Source: Limnothrix sp. BL-A-16 (GTDB taxonomy: Bacteria > Cyanobacteriota > Cyanobacteriia > CACIAM-69d). From it: a stretch of 32,000 nucleotides of DNA. Shown here one piece after another: positions 17,236 through 24,860 of the stretch. The stretch's first letter is position 1. Each line of letters begins with the position of its first letter. Below the pieces are notes generated by a model. That model saw only the letters and a list, made by a program, of their open reading frames with translations, ran no database searches and was not told the DNA's origin. The position numbers were made by a program, and so were the translations under genes. The stretch is from assembly GCA_041937175.2 (NCBI GenBank), contig CP166615.1, positions 3,167,547-3,199,546 of the forward strand. The letters are read 5' to 3'.

Positions 17236-17266
17236 GGGTGAGTTGATCGCCCGGATCAACTCACCC
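17236..17266 (-). terminator. Probable intrinsic terminator of glmM
   Basis: A perfect 13-bp stem, GGGTGAGTTGATC / GATCAACTCACCC, with a 5-nt loop, lies 18 nt downstream of the glmM stop. On the transcribed strand it is followed by GTTTCATGTTGGTTTTCT, which is only moderately U-rich. Confidence 0.55.
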
Positions 17267-17283
17267 GATCGGGCGCTGGGAGC

Positions 17284-18780
17284 CTAGCTCAGATGCGATC
17301 GCACCACGGCCGCCAGGCGATCGGCCCAGTGGCGCACCAAATCTGCTTCGGCCGCTTCCACCATCACCCGAATCACCGGCTCCGTTCCCGAAGCCCGCAC
17401 CAAAATCCGGCCCGCATCGCCCATTTGGGTTTCCGCCTGGGCGATCGCCTCGGCCACCGGGGCGCAATCTTGCCAGCCCAACCGGCGCGCGCGATCCTCA
17501 ACCCGCACGTTTTCCAGCAGTTGCGGGTATTTCTGGAAGCTGTCATCCACCCAGGCCGCGAGCGATCGCCCGGACTGCTTCACCAGGGCCGCCAGGTGCA
17601 GCGCCACCAACGTGCCATCGCCACTAACCGCGTAGTGGCGGCAAAGGATGTGACCCGACTGCTCACCGCCGAGCATGTAGCCCCGATCAAGCATCGCCTT
17701 TTGCACGTATTGATCGCCCACGGCCGTGCGAATCAGGTTGCCACCTTGTTTTTGCCAAGCCCGCTCAAAGCCCAGGTTCGCCATCACCGTCGAAACGATC
17801 GTCGCTTCCGGCAGCTTGTCGCTCGATCGCAGGGTTTGCCCCCAGAAATAAAGGATGTAGTCACCATCGACCACGCGCCCCTTGCCATCCACCGCCAACA
17901 CCCGATCGGCATCCCCATCAAAGGCAAACCCGAGATCCGCTTGATGTTCAACAACAGCCGCCTTCAGGGACTCTAAGTGAGTGGAACCGCAGTTCACATT
18001 AATTCGATCGCCGTCCGGTTCCCCGTGCAACACGATCACCGCTGCGCCCAACTCCTCAAACACCGCTGGGGCCACCTTGGCGCTCGCGCCCCAAGCCGTA
18101 TCCAACACCACCTTCAAACCCGCCAACGGGCGATCGCCCCAGCCCTCTTGCTCCAGGGTTTGCTCCAAGGACACCGCATAGCCGCGCACCAACTCGGGCC
18201 GGAAATAGCCCCGGCCGCAACCGGTCACGGGTTCCAAGCCGGGTAGAACATGGTGGCGCAAGGCCGATTCAATTTGTTGTTGGGCTTCTTTGGCCAGCTT
18301 GTGCCCATCGGGGCCGAAGAACTTCAAGCCGTTGTCGCCGGGCGGGTTGTGGCTGGCGGAAATCATCGCGCCCCCGATCGCCCCGGTCGCTTCGACTAAA
18401 TAGGCCACACAGGGAGTCGGGCACAAGCCCACATTCCACACCTCCAGCCCGGCCGCCGTCAGCCCCGCCGTCAGGGCCGCCGCCAACATTTCGCTGGAGT
18501 TGCGGGAATCTTGGCCCACGACGATCGCCCCGTTGCCCGATCGGGCCGCAAACACGCGCCCGGCCCAGTAGCCCACATGCAGCGCCAAGCTGGCGGTCAA
18601 CACCTCGCCCACGCGCCCGCGAATCCCGTCGGTTCCAAACAGGGGCACGCTTTCGGGAATTTCCAGGGGCGACAACCCATGCAGATTCAGGTTCAAGCTT
18701 GGTTGCTCCAAATCCTGGGGTTTTTGGTTCAACCCAAGTTCGCCCGATTCGCGACCCAACCGAACAGGAGACGTAACCAT
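17284..18780 (-). CDS. glmM: Phosphoglucosamine mutase
   Basis: LFGTDGIRG, the active-site serine loop [15 protein letters not shown], the DGDADR metal loop and the GEQSGH sugar loop are all present. ATG at 18780 gives the roughly 45-aa N-terminal extension usual in cyanobacterial GlmM. The track start at 18864 is rejected. Confidence 0.9.
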   Translation of the reverse strand: MVTSPVRLGRESGELGLNQKPQDLEQPSLNLNLHGLSPLEIPESVPLFGTDGIRGRVGEVLTASLALHVGYWAGRVFAARSGNGAIVVGQDSRNSSEMLAAALTAGLTAAGLEVWNVGLCPTPCVAYLVEATGAIGGAMISASHNPPGDNGLKFFGPDGHKLAKEAQQQIESALRHHVLPGLEPVTGCGRGYFRPELVRGYAVSLEQTLEQEGWGDRPLAGLKVVLDTAWGASAKVAPAVFEELGAAVIVLHGEPDGDRINVNCGSTHLESLKAAVVEHQADLGFAFDGDADRVLAVDGKGRVVDGDYILYFWGQTLRSSDKLPEATIVSTVMANLGFERAWQKQGGNLIRTAVGDQYVQKAMLDRGYMLGGEQSGHILCRHYAVSGDGTLVALHLAALVKQSGRSLAAWVDDSFQKYPQLLENVRVEDRARRLGWQDCAPVAEAIAQAETQMGDAGRILVRASGTEPVIRVMVEAAEADLVRHWADRLAAVVRSHLS

Positions 18781-18973
18781 AATTGCGCTCACTCCACACC
18801 AAGGGTTTGTGTTGCTTTCCACACCAAATCGATCTTGCATCCGCACGATCGACATAGTTCGCAACTCGCCTGAAGGATAGCACGGGCCGATCGAGGGGGT
18901 CGATCGCCCCGGATACCATGGCGGGGTCTGGGGGAGTGAGTAAACTTAAAGCAGATGTGAGGAGCGATCGCCC

Positions 18974-19471
18974 ATGTTTGACCAAAACGAGTTAGCCAAT
19001 CTTGAGAAAAATATCAAGCGCCTTAAGCAGCAGTTAGCGGGCAAACGCGACACCCTGGTCACGATCGCTTCAGACGAAAAAGTACGGATTCGGCAGCAAA
19101 TTGAAGATCTACGCTCCGAGATCAACGGCTTGGAGCGGGAATATTGGGAACTGCTGCATCAGCGATCGATCAGCTTTGAGCCGTCGGAGGATGAAGCTGA
19201 ACCGATCGTGGCGGAATGGGTTGAGAAAGCCAATCAGTTAGAGACGAATCCGCCCGCCAACGTGCCTGCTGAGATTTTGCAGCAGGTGCAGGCGGTGGCC
19301 AAACGGTTGGATCAGCCGGGTCAATCGGCTGCGATCAAGGTGAAGGGGATGATTTCGGCGTTGCCACCATTTTTCTCGGTGGGCATTGAGACCGAATTGG
19401 ATGTGGCGGGATTTGTAAAAGGCAATTTCCCCACTTTTTGGAACTGGGCGGCGGCACTCGCAAAAAAGTAG
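18974..19471 (+). CDS. Hypothetical coiled-coil protein; possible detached or frameshift-linked N-terminal module of the downstream STAND NTPase
   Basis: 165 aa. GAGGAG lies 9 nt upstream of the ATG. The N-terminal heptad region is LEKNIKRLKQQLAGKRDTLVTIASDEKVRIRQQIEDLRSEINGLEREYWELL. The C-terminal aromatic/hydrophobic segment is ISALPPFFSVGIETELDVAGFVKGNFPTFWNWAAAL. The ORF ends ...GCA AAA AAG TAG. Confidence 0.65.
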   Translation: MFDQNELANLEKNIKRLKQQLAGKRDTLVTIASDEKVRIRQQIEDLRSEINGLEREYWELLHQRSISFEPSEDEAEPIVAEWVEKANQLETNPPANVPAEILQQVQAVAKRLDQPGQSAAIKVKGMISALPPFFSVGIETELDVAGFVKGNFPTFWNWAAALAKK

Positions 19472-21573
19472 ATGGCCCGGTTCCAACGCCGGGCCAAGAA
19501 CCGCCGACAAATTTGCAGGATCGGGGGGTCGATCGCGATCGCTTCTTTGGACGCGATGACGTATTGCAGGATTTGCACGATCGGTTGGGGCGATCGGATC
19601 GGGTGGCGGTGACGAGTGTGGCGGGCATGGGCGGCGTGGGCAAAAGTGAGCTGGCGGTGCAGTATGCGCGGTGGCGGCTGCGGGAGGGGGACTATCGCGG
19701 CGGGGTGGTGTGGCTGGCGGGGGAACGGGCGGGGATTGAGCTATTGGGGTTTGCGAAGGCGCAGTTTTTCCCGGATGTGGATTTGGCGCAGTTAGGCGAT
19801 TTACGCGAACAGTTGACGTTTATTTGGTCGCGTTGGCCGGTGCCTGAGGTTCCGCCGGAGTCGGTGCTGTTGGTGTTTGATGATGTGACGGATTACCGAT
19901 CGCAGGTGGCGGATCTGTTGCCGAGTGACAAGCGGTTTCGGGCGATCGTCACGACGCGGGAGCAGATCCAGGGGATCGATCGGTTGGATTTGGCGGTGCT
20001 GGCTCCGGCGGCTGCGTTGGACTTGTTGCGATCAATCGTTGGGGAAGCGCGGATCGCGGCGGAACCGGAGACGGCGAGCGAGATCTGTGAATGGCTGGGC
20101 TTTTTGCCGTTGGGTTTGGAGTTGGTGGGCTATTATCTCCAGCGCAAGCCGAATCTGTCGCTGGCAAAGCTGCTGGAACGGTTGAATGAGAAGCGTTTGG
20201 CGGCGAGGGCGTTAATCGATGTGCCGGTGACGCTGACGGCACAGCGGGGGGTCGCGGCGGCGTTTGAGTTGAGTTGGGAGGCGATCGGCGCGCAGGAGTG
20301 GGGCGAGTCGGCGCAGGCGTTGGCGATGCGGCTGAGTCTGTTTGCGGCGGCTCCGATTCCGTGGGGCTTGATGCAGGACTGTTGGGCGGCGGCGGATGAG
20401 GAGGAGTTGGAGGATTGGCGCGATGGGTTAGTGGCGTTGCATCTGATTGAGGATGTCACCGGGGAGCGCTATCGGTTGCATCCGCTGATTCGGGAGTTTT
20501 TTGCAGCGAAGTTGGCGGCGCGGGCGGAGGCGACAGCCTGGCGGACGGCGTTTGCGGTGACGTTGACGAAGATTGCGAGAACAATTCCGCAGACTGTGAC
20601 GCTGGAACAGCAAGCCCAGGTGCGCGAGGCAATGCCCCATCTGGAAGCCGCGACGGATTATTGCGACCTACTGAGCGATGATGATTGCGGCTGGCCGTTC
20701 ACTGGTTTAGCCCGGTTTTACGAAGCCCAAGGCCTGTTCGAGGATGCCGAGCGTTGCTCTCAGCATTGCCTCGATATGCGCGAAACCCGCTTCGGAGCCG
20801 ACCACCCTGATACCGCCACCAGCCTCAACAATTTGGCGGCATTGTATGAATCGCAAGGGAAATACGATCGCGCCGAACCGCTCTACCAACGCGCCTTAGA
20901 CATCAGAGAACAGCAACTGGGAGCCGACCCCCCCGCTACCGCCACCAGCCTCAACAATTTGGCGGGATTGTACCGATCACAAGGGAAATACGATCACGCC
21001 GAACCGCTCTTGCAACGCGCCTTAGCGATCAGGGAACGGCAACTGGGAGCCGACCACCCCCATACCGCCAGCAGCCTCAACAATTTGGCGCTTTTGTATA
21101 AATCGCAAGGGAAATACGATCGCGCCGAACCGCTCTACCAACGCGCCTTAGCGATCTATGAACGGCAACTGGGAGCCGACCACCCCAATACCGCCAGCAG
21201 CCTCAACAATTTGGCGCTTTTGTATAAATCGCAAGGGAAATACGATCGCGCCGAACCGCTCTACCAAAGCGCCTTAGACATCAGAGAACGGCAACTGGGA
21301 GCCGACCACCCCGATACCGCCGCCAGCCTCAACAATTTGGCGGTGCTGTATTTCTATCAAAATCGCTGGGGCGAGGCGGAGCGGTTGCTGGTGCGGGCGC
21401 TGCTGATTTGGGCGCAGGTGTTGGGCGAAGCGCATCCCGACACGCAAAGCTCGATTCAAAGCTTGTTCAGCCTAATCGGTGCAGCCCTGAACCAGGGACG
21501 CGCCGCCGAACTCTCCGACCACCCCGTCACCCAATCCATCCTGCAACAACTCACCACCCCACCCAACCCGTAG
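19438..21573 (+). CDS. NB-ARC (STAND P-loop NTPase) protein with C-terminal kinesin-light-chain-type TPR repeats
   Basis: The Walker A motif GMGGVGKS lies at 19624-19647, preceded by FFGRDDVLQDLHDRL. The Walker B context is LLVFDDV, followed by a helical/winged-helix region and then 42-aa TPR units. The 5' end is uncertain. The frame is open from 19390, with no ATG before the P-loop and only TTG candidates (19438, 19513) without an SD. See the frameshift finding. Confidence 0.85.
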   Translation: MELGGGTRKKVDGPVPTPGQEPPTNLQDRGVDRDRFFGRDDVLQDLHDRLGRSDRVAVTSVAGMGGVGKSELAVQYARWRLREGDYRGGVVWLAGERAGIELLGFAKAQFFPDVDLAQLGDLREQLTFIWSRWPVPEVPPESVLLVFDDVTDYRSQVADLLPSDKRFRAIVTTREQIQGIDRLDLAVLAPAAALDLLRSIVGEARIAAEPETASEICEWLGFLPLGLELVGYYLQRKPNLSLAKLLERLNEKRLAARALIDVPVTLTAQRGVAAAFELSWEAIGAQEWGESAQALAMRLSLFAAAPIPWGLMQDCWAAADEEELEDWRDGLVALHLIEDVTGERYRLHPLIREFFAAKLAARAEATAWRTAFAVTLTKIARTIPQTVTLEQQAQVREAMPHLEAATDYCDLLSDDDCGWPFTGLARFYEAQGLFEDAERCSQHCLDMRETRFGADHPDTATSLNNLAALYESQGKYDRAEPLYQRALDIREQQLGADPPATATSLNNLAGLYRSQGKYDHAEPLLQRALAIRERQLGADHPHTASSLNNLALLYKSQGKYDRAEPLYQRALAIYERQLGADHPNTASSLNNLALLYKSQGKYDRAEPLYQSALDIRERQLGADHPDTAASLNNLAVLYFYQNRWGEAERLLVRALLIWAQVLGEAHPDTQSSIQSLFSLIGAALNQGRAAELSDHPVTQSILQQLTTPPNP
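19462..19495 (+). promoter_or_regulatory. Candidate -1 programmed ribosomal frameshift cassette (slippery heptamer + stem-loop)
   Basis: A_AAA_AAG (19462-19468) is in the zero frame of the upstream ORF, immediately before its TAG (19469-19471). After a 5-nt spacer comes the hairpin GGCCCGG (19474-19480), loop TTCCAACG, CCGGGCC (19489-19495). The -1 frame is the NB-ARC reading frame. Confidence 0.4.
20794..21423 (+). repeat. 5 in-frame tandem 126-bp (42-aa) TPR coding repeats, plus degenerate flanking units
   Basis: The unit is GADHP.TA.SLNNLA.LY.SQGKYDRAEPLYQRAL.I.E.QL. Unit starts fall at 20794, 20920, 21046, 21172 and 21298. Units 3 and 4 are almost identical at the DNA level. Confidence 0.9.
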
Positions 21574-21578
21574 GGGCG

Positions 21579-21675
21579 CATCGCCATGCGCCCTCCGATA
21601 CGCGAGATCTCCGCAAACCAATTCGTGGCAACCGATCGACCCGGTTGGAGGGCGTACAGCGGTACGCCCCTACCC
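21579..21675. repeat. 97-bp dispersed repeat, copy A (two internal GC-rich hairpins)
   Basis: CATCGCCATGCGCCCTCCGATACGCGAGATCTCCGCAAACCAATTCGT...GACCCGGTTGGAGGGCGTACAGCGGTACGCCCCTACCC. Hairpins are GGGCGCAT-CGCC-ATGCGCCC and GGGCGTAC-AGCG-GTACGCCC. It matches copy B except for an 11-bp central patch and a few point differences. Confidence 0.8.
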
Positions 21676-21809
21676 GATCGCCCTTCCCGCCAAAAACCGG
21701 ATCGCAATCCCGAGGGGCGATCGACGGTGCGTGGGAGACAAACCCGCCAAACCATTACCCCGTAAGCGTTCTCCCACACACCCTACCCGTCGGCCATTGA
21801 TGCGGGAAC

Positions 21810-22142
21810 ATGGACAAAATGAACTACCCCCAACTGGTGCAACAGGCCCTCGACTATCACCACCAACACAGCCAAACCAGCAGCGACCTAGAAACCCACG
21901 CCATCTATGACCAACAACGCGATCGCTACCAACTGTTGCGATTTGGCTGGCAGGGGAGCGATCGCACCTTTGCCTGTGTGGCCTACGTGACGATCGAAAA
22001 CGGCAAAATCTGGATTCACCGCGACTTCACCGAACCCGGCATCGCCCATCAACTGCTCGAACAAGGCATCCCCAAAACCGATATCGTCCTGGCTTTTCAC
22101 GCCCCCAACCTGCGCCCCTACACCGAATTCGCGATCGGTTAA
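21810..22142 (+). CDS. xisI: XisI-family protein (orphan, no adjacent xisH)
   Basis: 110 aa. DQQRDRYQLLRFGWQGSDRTFACVAYVTIENGKIWIHRDFTEPGIAHQLLEQGIPKTDIVLAF aligns with the XisI at 8095-8430. Confidence 0.8.
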   Translation: MDKMNYPQLVQQALDYHHQHSQTSSDLETHAIYDQQRDRYQLLRFGWQGSDRTFACVAYVTIENGKIWIHRDFTEPGIAHQLLEQGIPKTDIVLAFHAPNLRPYTEFAIG

Positions 22143-22209
22143 CCCCCTCGCTGGGGGAACCCGATCGCCCCCTGATCGTCGCCAAAACCGACCAATTCCC
22201 GTCGGGACA

Positions 22210-22306
22210 CATCGCCATGCGCCCTCCGATCCGCGAGATCTCCACAAACCAATTCGTTTCCATGGATTGACCCGGTTGGCGGGCGTACGGCGGTACGCCC
22301 CTACCC
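22210..22306. repeat. 97-bp dispersed repeat, copy B (same orientation as copy A)
   Basis: CATCGCCATGCGCCCTCCGATCCGCGAGATCTCCACAAACCAATTCGT...GACCCGGTTGGCGGGCGTACGGCGGTACGCCCCTACCC. It ends 12 nt before the stop of the convergent GH57 gene. Confidence 0.8.
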
Positions 22307-22318
22307 GGCGCGGGGTGA

Positions 22319-23908
22319 TTACAACGGGCGATAGACGCGGTAATTCACGTTGGGGAAGATATTGTCGATCGCCTCCACCTTTTGCAGCCAGCCCGAATCC
22401 ACCTTGCCCGCGCGAATATCGTCGTAGAGCTTCGTGAACCGCATCATGTGCGATCGCGTCCGGCGCACCGCGTAGGGAACCATCGTTCCCGTCCGCATAA
22501 TGAACGCCCAGTCCGACGACTGCGCCAACAGTAATTCCCGCGCCGCTTGATTCAGGGCCCGCCACTCCAGCTCATCGGCCGGCTCCAGTTTGGATAGCTC
22601 GATCATCCGTTCCGCACCCTTGTGCAGGTGCGGATAAATCCAAGCGTTGGTGTCATTCAGCCAATATTCATGGAAGCCCTTATAGCCCCAGCTCGATTGG
22701 GACGGGCGACAAACTTGCTGGGTCGGCTGTTTCTGCAAATAATCCGACAGGTGGGTCATCTGGAAAGTGTTTTGGTCAAACCAAGACTTCCGGAACAGGA
22801 AATCCAGGAACCAGGGGCCTTCGTACCACCAGTGCCCAAACAGCTCCGCATCGTAGGGCGACACCACGATCGGGGGGCGCTGCATCAACCCATTCAGATA
22901 GGAAACCTGTTGGCTGCGGTTGAACATGAAGTTGGTGGCATGTTCCGCCGCCTTTTCCCGCGCCCAGTAGGGATCGTAGAGCGCCTTATCGGACAGGCCC
23001 GCCGTCCGGCTGGTGATTTTGTGGTATTTGATGCCCACATTTTTTCGTTGGCCGTTGGGCATGATGTAGGGCTTGATGTAGTCGTAGTCCGCTTCCCAGC
23101 CGATGTCTTTGTAAAACTCTCGGTATTCGGCCGCGCCGGGATAGCCCACTTCGGAAGACCATACCTGTTGCGAAGATTCGTGGTCGCGGCCAAAGGCGGC
23201 CACCCCGGCTTCCGTGAAAATGGGCGAATAGGTACCGAAGCGGGGGCGCGGCCGGGCGTACAAAATCCCGTGGCCATCGGTGAGGAAGTAGCGCAGGCCG
23301 GCATCGGCCACCATCCGTTCCAGGCCTTCGTAGTAGGCGCATTCGGGCAGCCAAATGCCTTTGGGGGCGCGGCCGAAGTTTTCTTCGTAGTGGTCAACGG
23401 CCACTTTCAGTTGGGCCCACACGGCTTGGGGATACATCTTCATCAGGGGCAAATAGCCGTGGGTGGCCCCGCAGGTGATGATGTCGATGTTGCCGGAGTC
23501 TTGGAATTTCTTGAAGGCGGTGACGAGATCGCGATCGTACCGTTCCCAAAGTTCCCGCACTTCCTGGAATTCTTTGATGTAGTGCTCGGCCAGGTAGCGC
23601 AGGTGGCCGTTGAATTCGTTGTGGACGTATTCTTTTTCGACGAGTTCTTGCAACTGAGCGAGGTGCTGATCGTAGCGGTCTTGCAAGAGGGGGTCGCGGA
23701 GCATGGACACCAGGGGCGGGGTCATGCTCATGGTGATTTTGAAGTCTACGCCATCGCGCTCGAGTCCTTCAAAGGCGCGTAACAGGGGGACGTAGGTTTC
23801 GGTGATGGCTTCGTAGAGCCACTCTTCCTCTAGAACGTAGTCGCTTTCGGGGTGCCGGACGAAGGGCAGGTGAGCGTGCAGGACGAGGGCGACATAGCCA
23901 AGGGTCAT
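22319..23908 (-). CDS. Glycoside hydrolase family 57 protein (1,4-alpha-glucan branching enzyme type)
   Basis: MTLGYVALVLHAHLPFVRHPE..., WLPECAY and other GH57 blocks are present, at about 529 aa. ATG at 23908 is preferred over the TTG at 23929. Confidence 0.9.
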   Translation of the reverse strand: MTLGYVALVLHAHLPFVRHPESDYVLEEEWLYEAITETYVPLLRAFEGLERDGVDFKITMSMTPPLVSMLRDPLLQDRYDQHLAQLQELVEKEYVHNEFNGHLRYLAEHYIKEFQEVRELWERYDRDLVTAFKKFQDSGNIDIITCGATHGYLPLMKMYPQAVWAQLKVAVDHYEENFGRAPKGIWLPECAYYEGLERMVADAGLRYFLTDGHGILYARPRPRFGTYSPIFTEAGVAAFGRDHESSQQVWSSEVGYPGAAEYREFYKDIGWEADYDYIKPYIMPNGQRKNVGIKYHKITSRTAGLSDKALYDPYWAREKAAEHATNFMFNRSQQVSYLNGLMQRPPIVVSPYDAELFGHWWYEGPWFLDFLFRKSWFDQNTFQMTHLSDYLQKQPTQQVCRPSQSSWGYKGFHEYWLNDTNAWIYPHLHKGAERMIELSKLEPADELEWRALNQAARELLLAQSSDWAFIMRTGTMVPYAVRRTRSHMMRFTKLYDDIRAGKVDSGWLQKVEAIDNIFPNVNYRVYRPL

Positions 23909-24063
23909 AGCAATTGTCCTAGAGCGCAATTAATAAGGCTGAGGCGATCGCTCGTGGGATCGCCCTGGCCGGATCGGCGTAAAGCTTGGCTTAAGCTTTA
24001 GCAGATTTTAAGGCGAAGTGCGACCGGGGGTAGGTCGTGAATTTGACCAGATGTTGGGCAATC

Positions 24064-24129
24064 GGGATCTATGGGGATCTGGGGGGATCTGTCGGGATCG
24101 GTTGGGATCGGTTGAAGTCTCGGGAGATC
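24064..24129 (+). repeat. Helically phased GGGATC array / G-quadruplex-type motif
   Basis: GATC occurs at 24066, 24076, 24086, 24096 and 24106, exactly 10 bp apart and each preceded by GGG or more, plus one more at 24126. G-runs G3-N6-G4-N4-G6-N7-G3-N7-G3 fit the G3+N1-7 quadruplex pattern on the + strand. Confidence 0.8.
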
Positions 24130-24395
24130 CCAGGCAGAAGGGCAGCAAACAACCCCCTGGCCACTGTAGACGGGGAGACGGCGTGAACTAACGGTGTGCG
24201 CCGGGCGTTGTTAATCAATGGGCTGGCGATCACAGGCGATCGGGTGTTGGCTTTCGATCGCTGGGGAGGGGTTCGGCTGCCCGTTCGCAGGGTGGCTGGG
24301 CGGTTGCTCCCAATCAGCGTTGGCCGCGCCAGAATGGAGATGATTCCAGTGGTGCTCCATGGGCCACTCTGCGCCGAGCACAAGGAGCAAAACCC

Positions 24396-24794
24396 ATGCG
24401 TTTAAGCCTGATGGGCGATTCCCTCAGAATTGACTTGGAGGGTTGGGAAAAGCTGTGGGCTTTTCATTGGCCCCTCTATTTGGAAGTCCCGATCGCGCAA
24501 ATTCAAGCCGTGCAGTTGGGAGCACCGCCCAGCGACTGGCGAGAACTGCGTGCGCCGGGTACGTTTCTGCCGGGTGTGATCAAAGCAGGAACCTATTACA
24601 CAAGGCGTGGCCGGGAGTTTTGGTATGCCACTCATGATGGCGGAGAGTTTCTGACGTTGAGGCTGACGGGCCATCAATACGCTCAGGTGGTGTTGACGCT
24701 GCTGGATGCGGCTGACTGGCAACAGCGCATCGATCGAGTCATCCCGCCGCCGACTCCCGTGGGCTTGGAGCAACTTCAGTTTGGCTCGCTCTAG
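24396..24794 (+). CDS. Hypothetical small protein (possibly bacterial PH-like fold)
   Basis: 132-aa ORF with an ATG start. Composition is consistent with coding sequence. No motif recognised; the fold suggestion is weak. Confidence 0.55.
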   Translation: MRLSLMGDSLRIDLEGWEKLWAFHWPLYLEVPIAQIQAVQLGAPPSDWRELRAPGTFLPGVIKAGTYYTRRGREFWYATHDGGEFLTLRLTGHQYAQVVLTLLDAADWQQRIDRVIPPPTPVGLEQLQFGSL

Positions 24795-24860
24795 CTTTGG
24801 CCCGCCCTAGCTTGGATCGCGATCGCCCATGGACGACTGGCGCTGGGCCCAGGTTGGCGA

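Noticed and set aside
17293-18985. Multiple ORFs (227 aa, 238 aa and others) overlapping glmM
   Set aside because: They are antisense or alternate frames of a gene carrying all four phosphohexomutase signature loops, and their composition is Arg/Pro/Gly-biased.
21888-22565. 225-aa minus-strand ORF spanning the xisI copy and repeat B
   Set aside because: It runs antisense through xisI and through the 97-bp repeat, then into the GH57 3' end. Its Arg/Gly/Pro-rich composition marks it as an artefact of high GC.
22622-23782. 386-aa ORF on the + strand
   Set aside because: It is entirely antisense to the well-supported GH57 gene. Its composition (Gly/Val/Ala/Pro/Arg-rich) is typical of the mirror frame of a GC-rich gene, and it has no recognisable motif.
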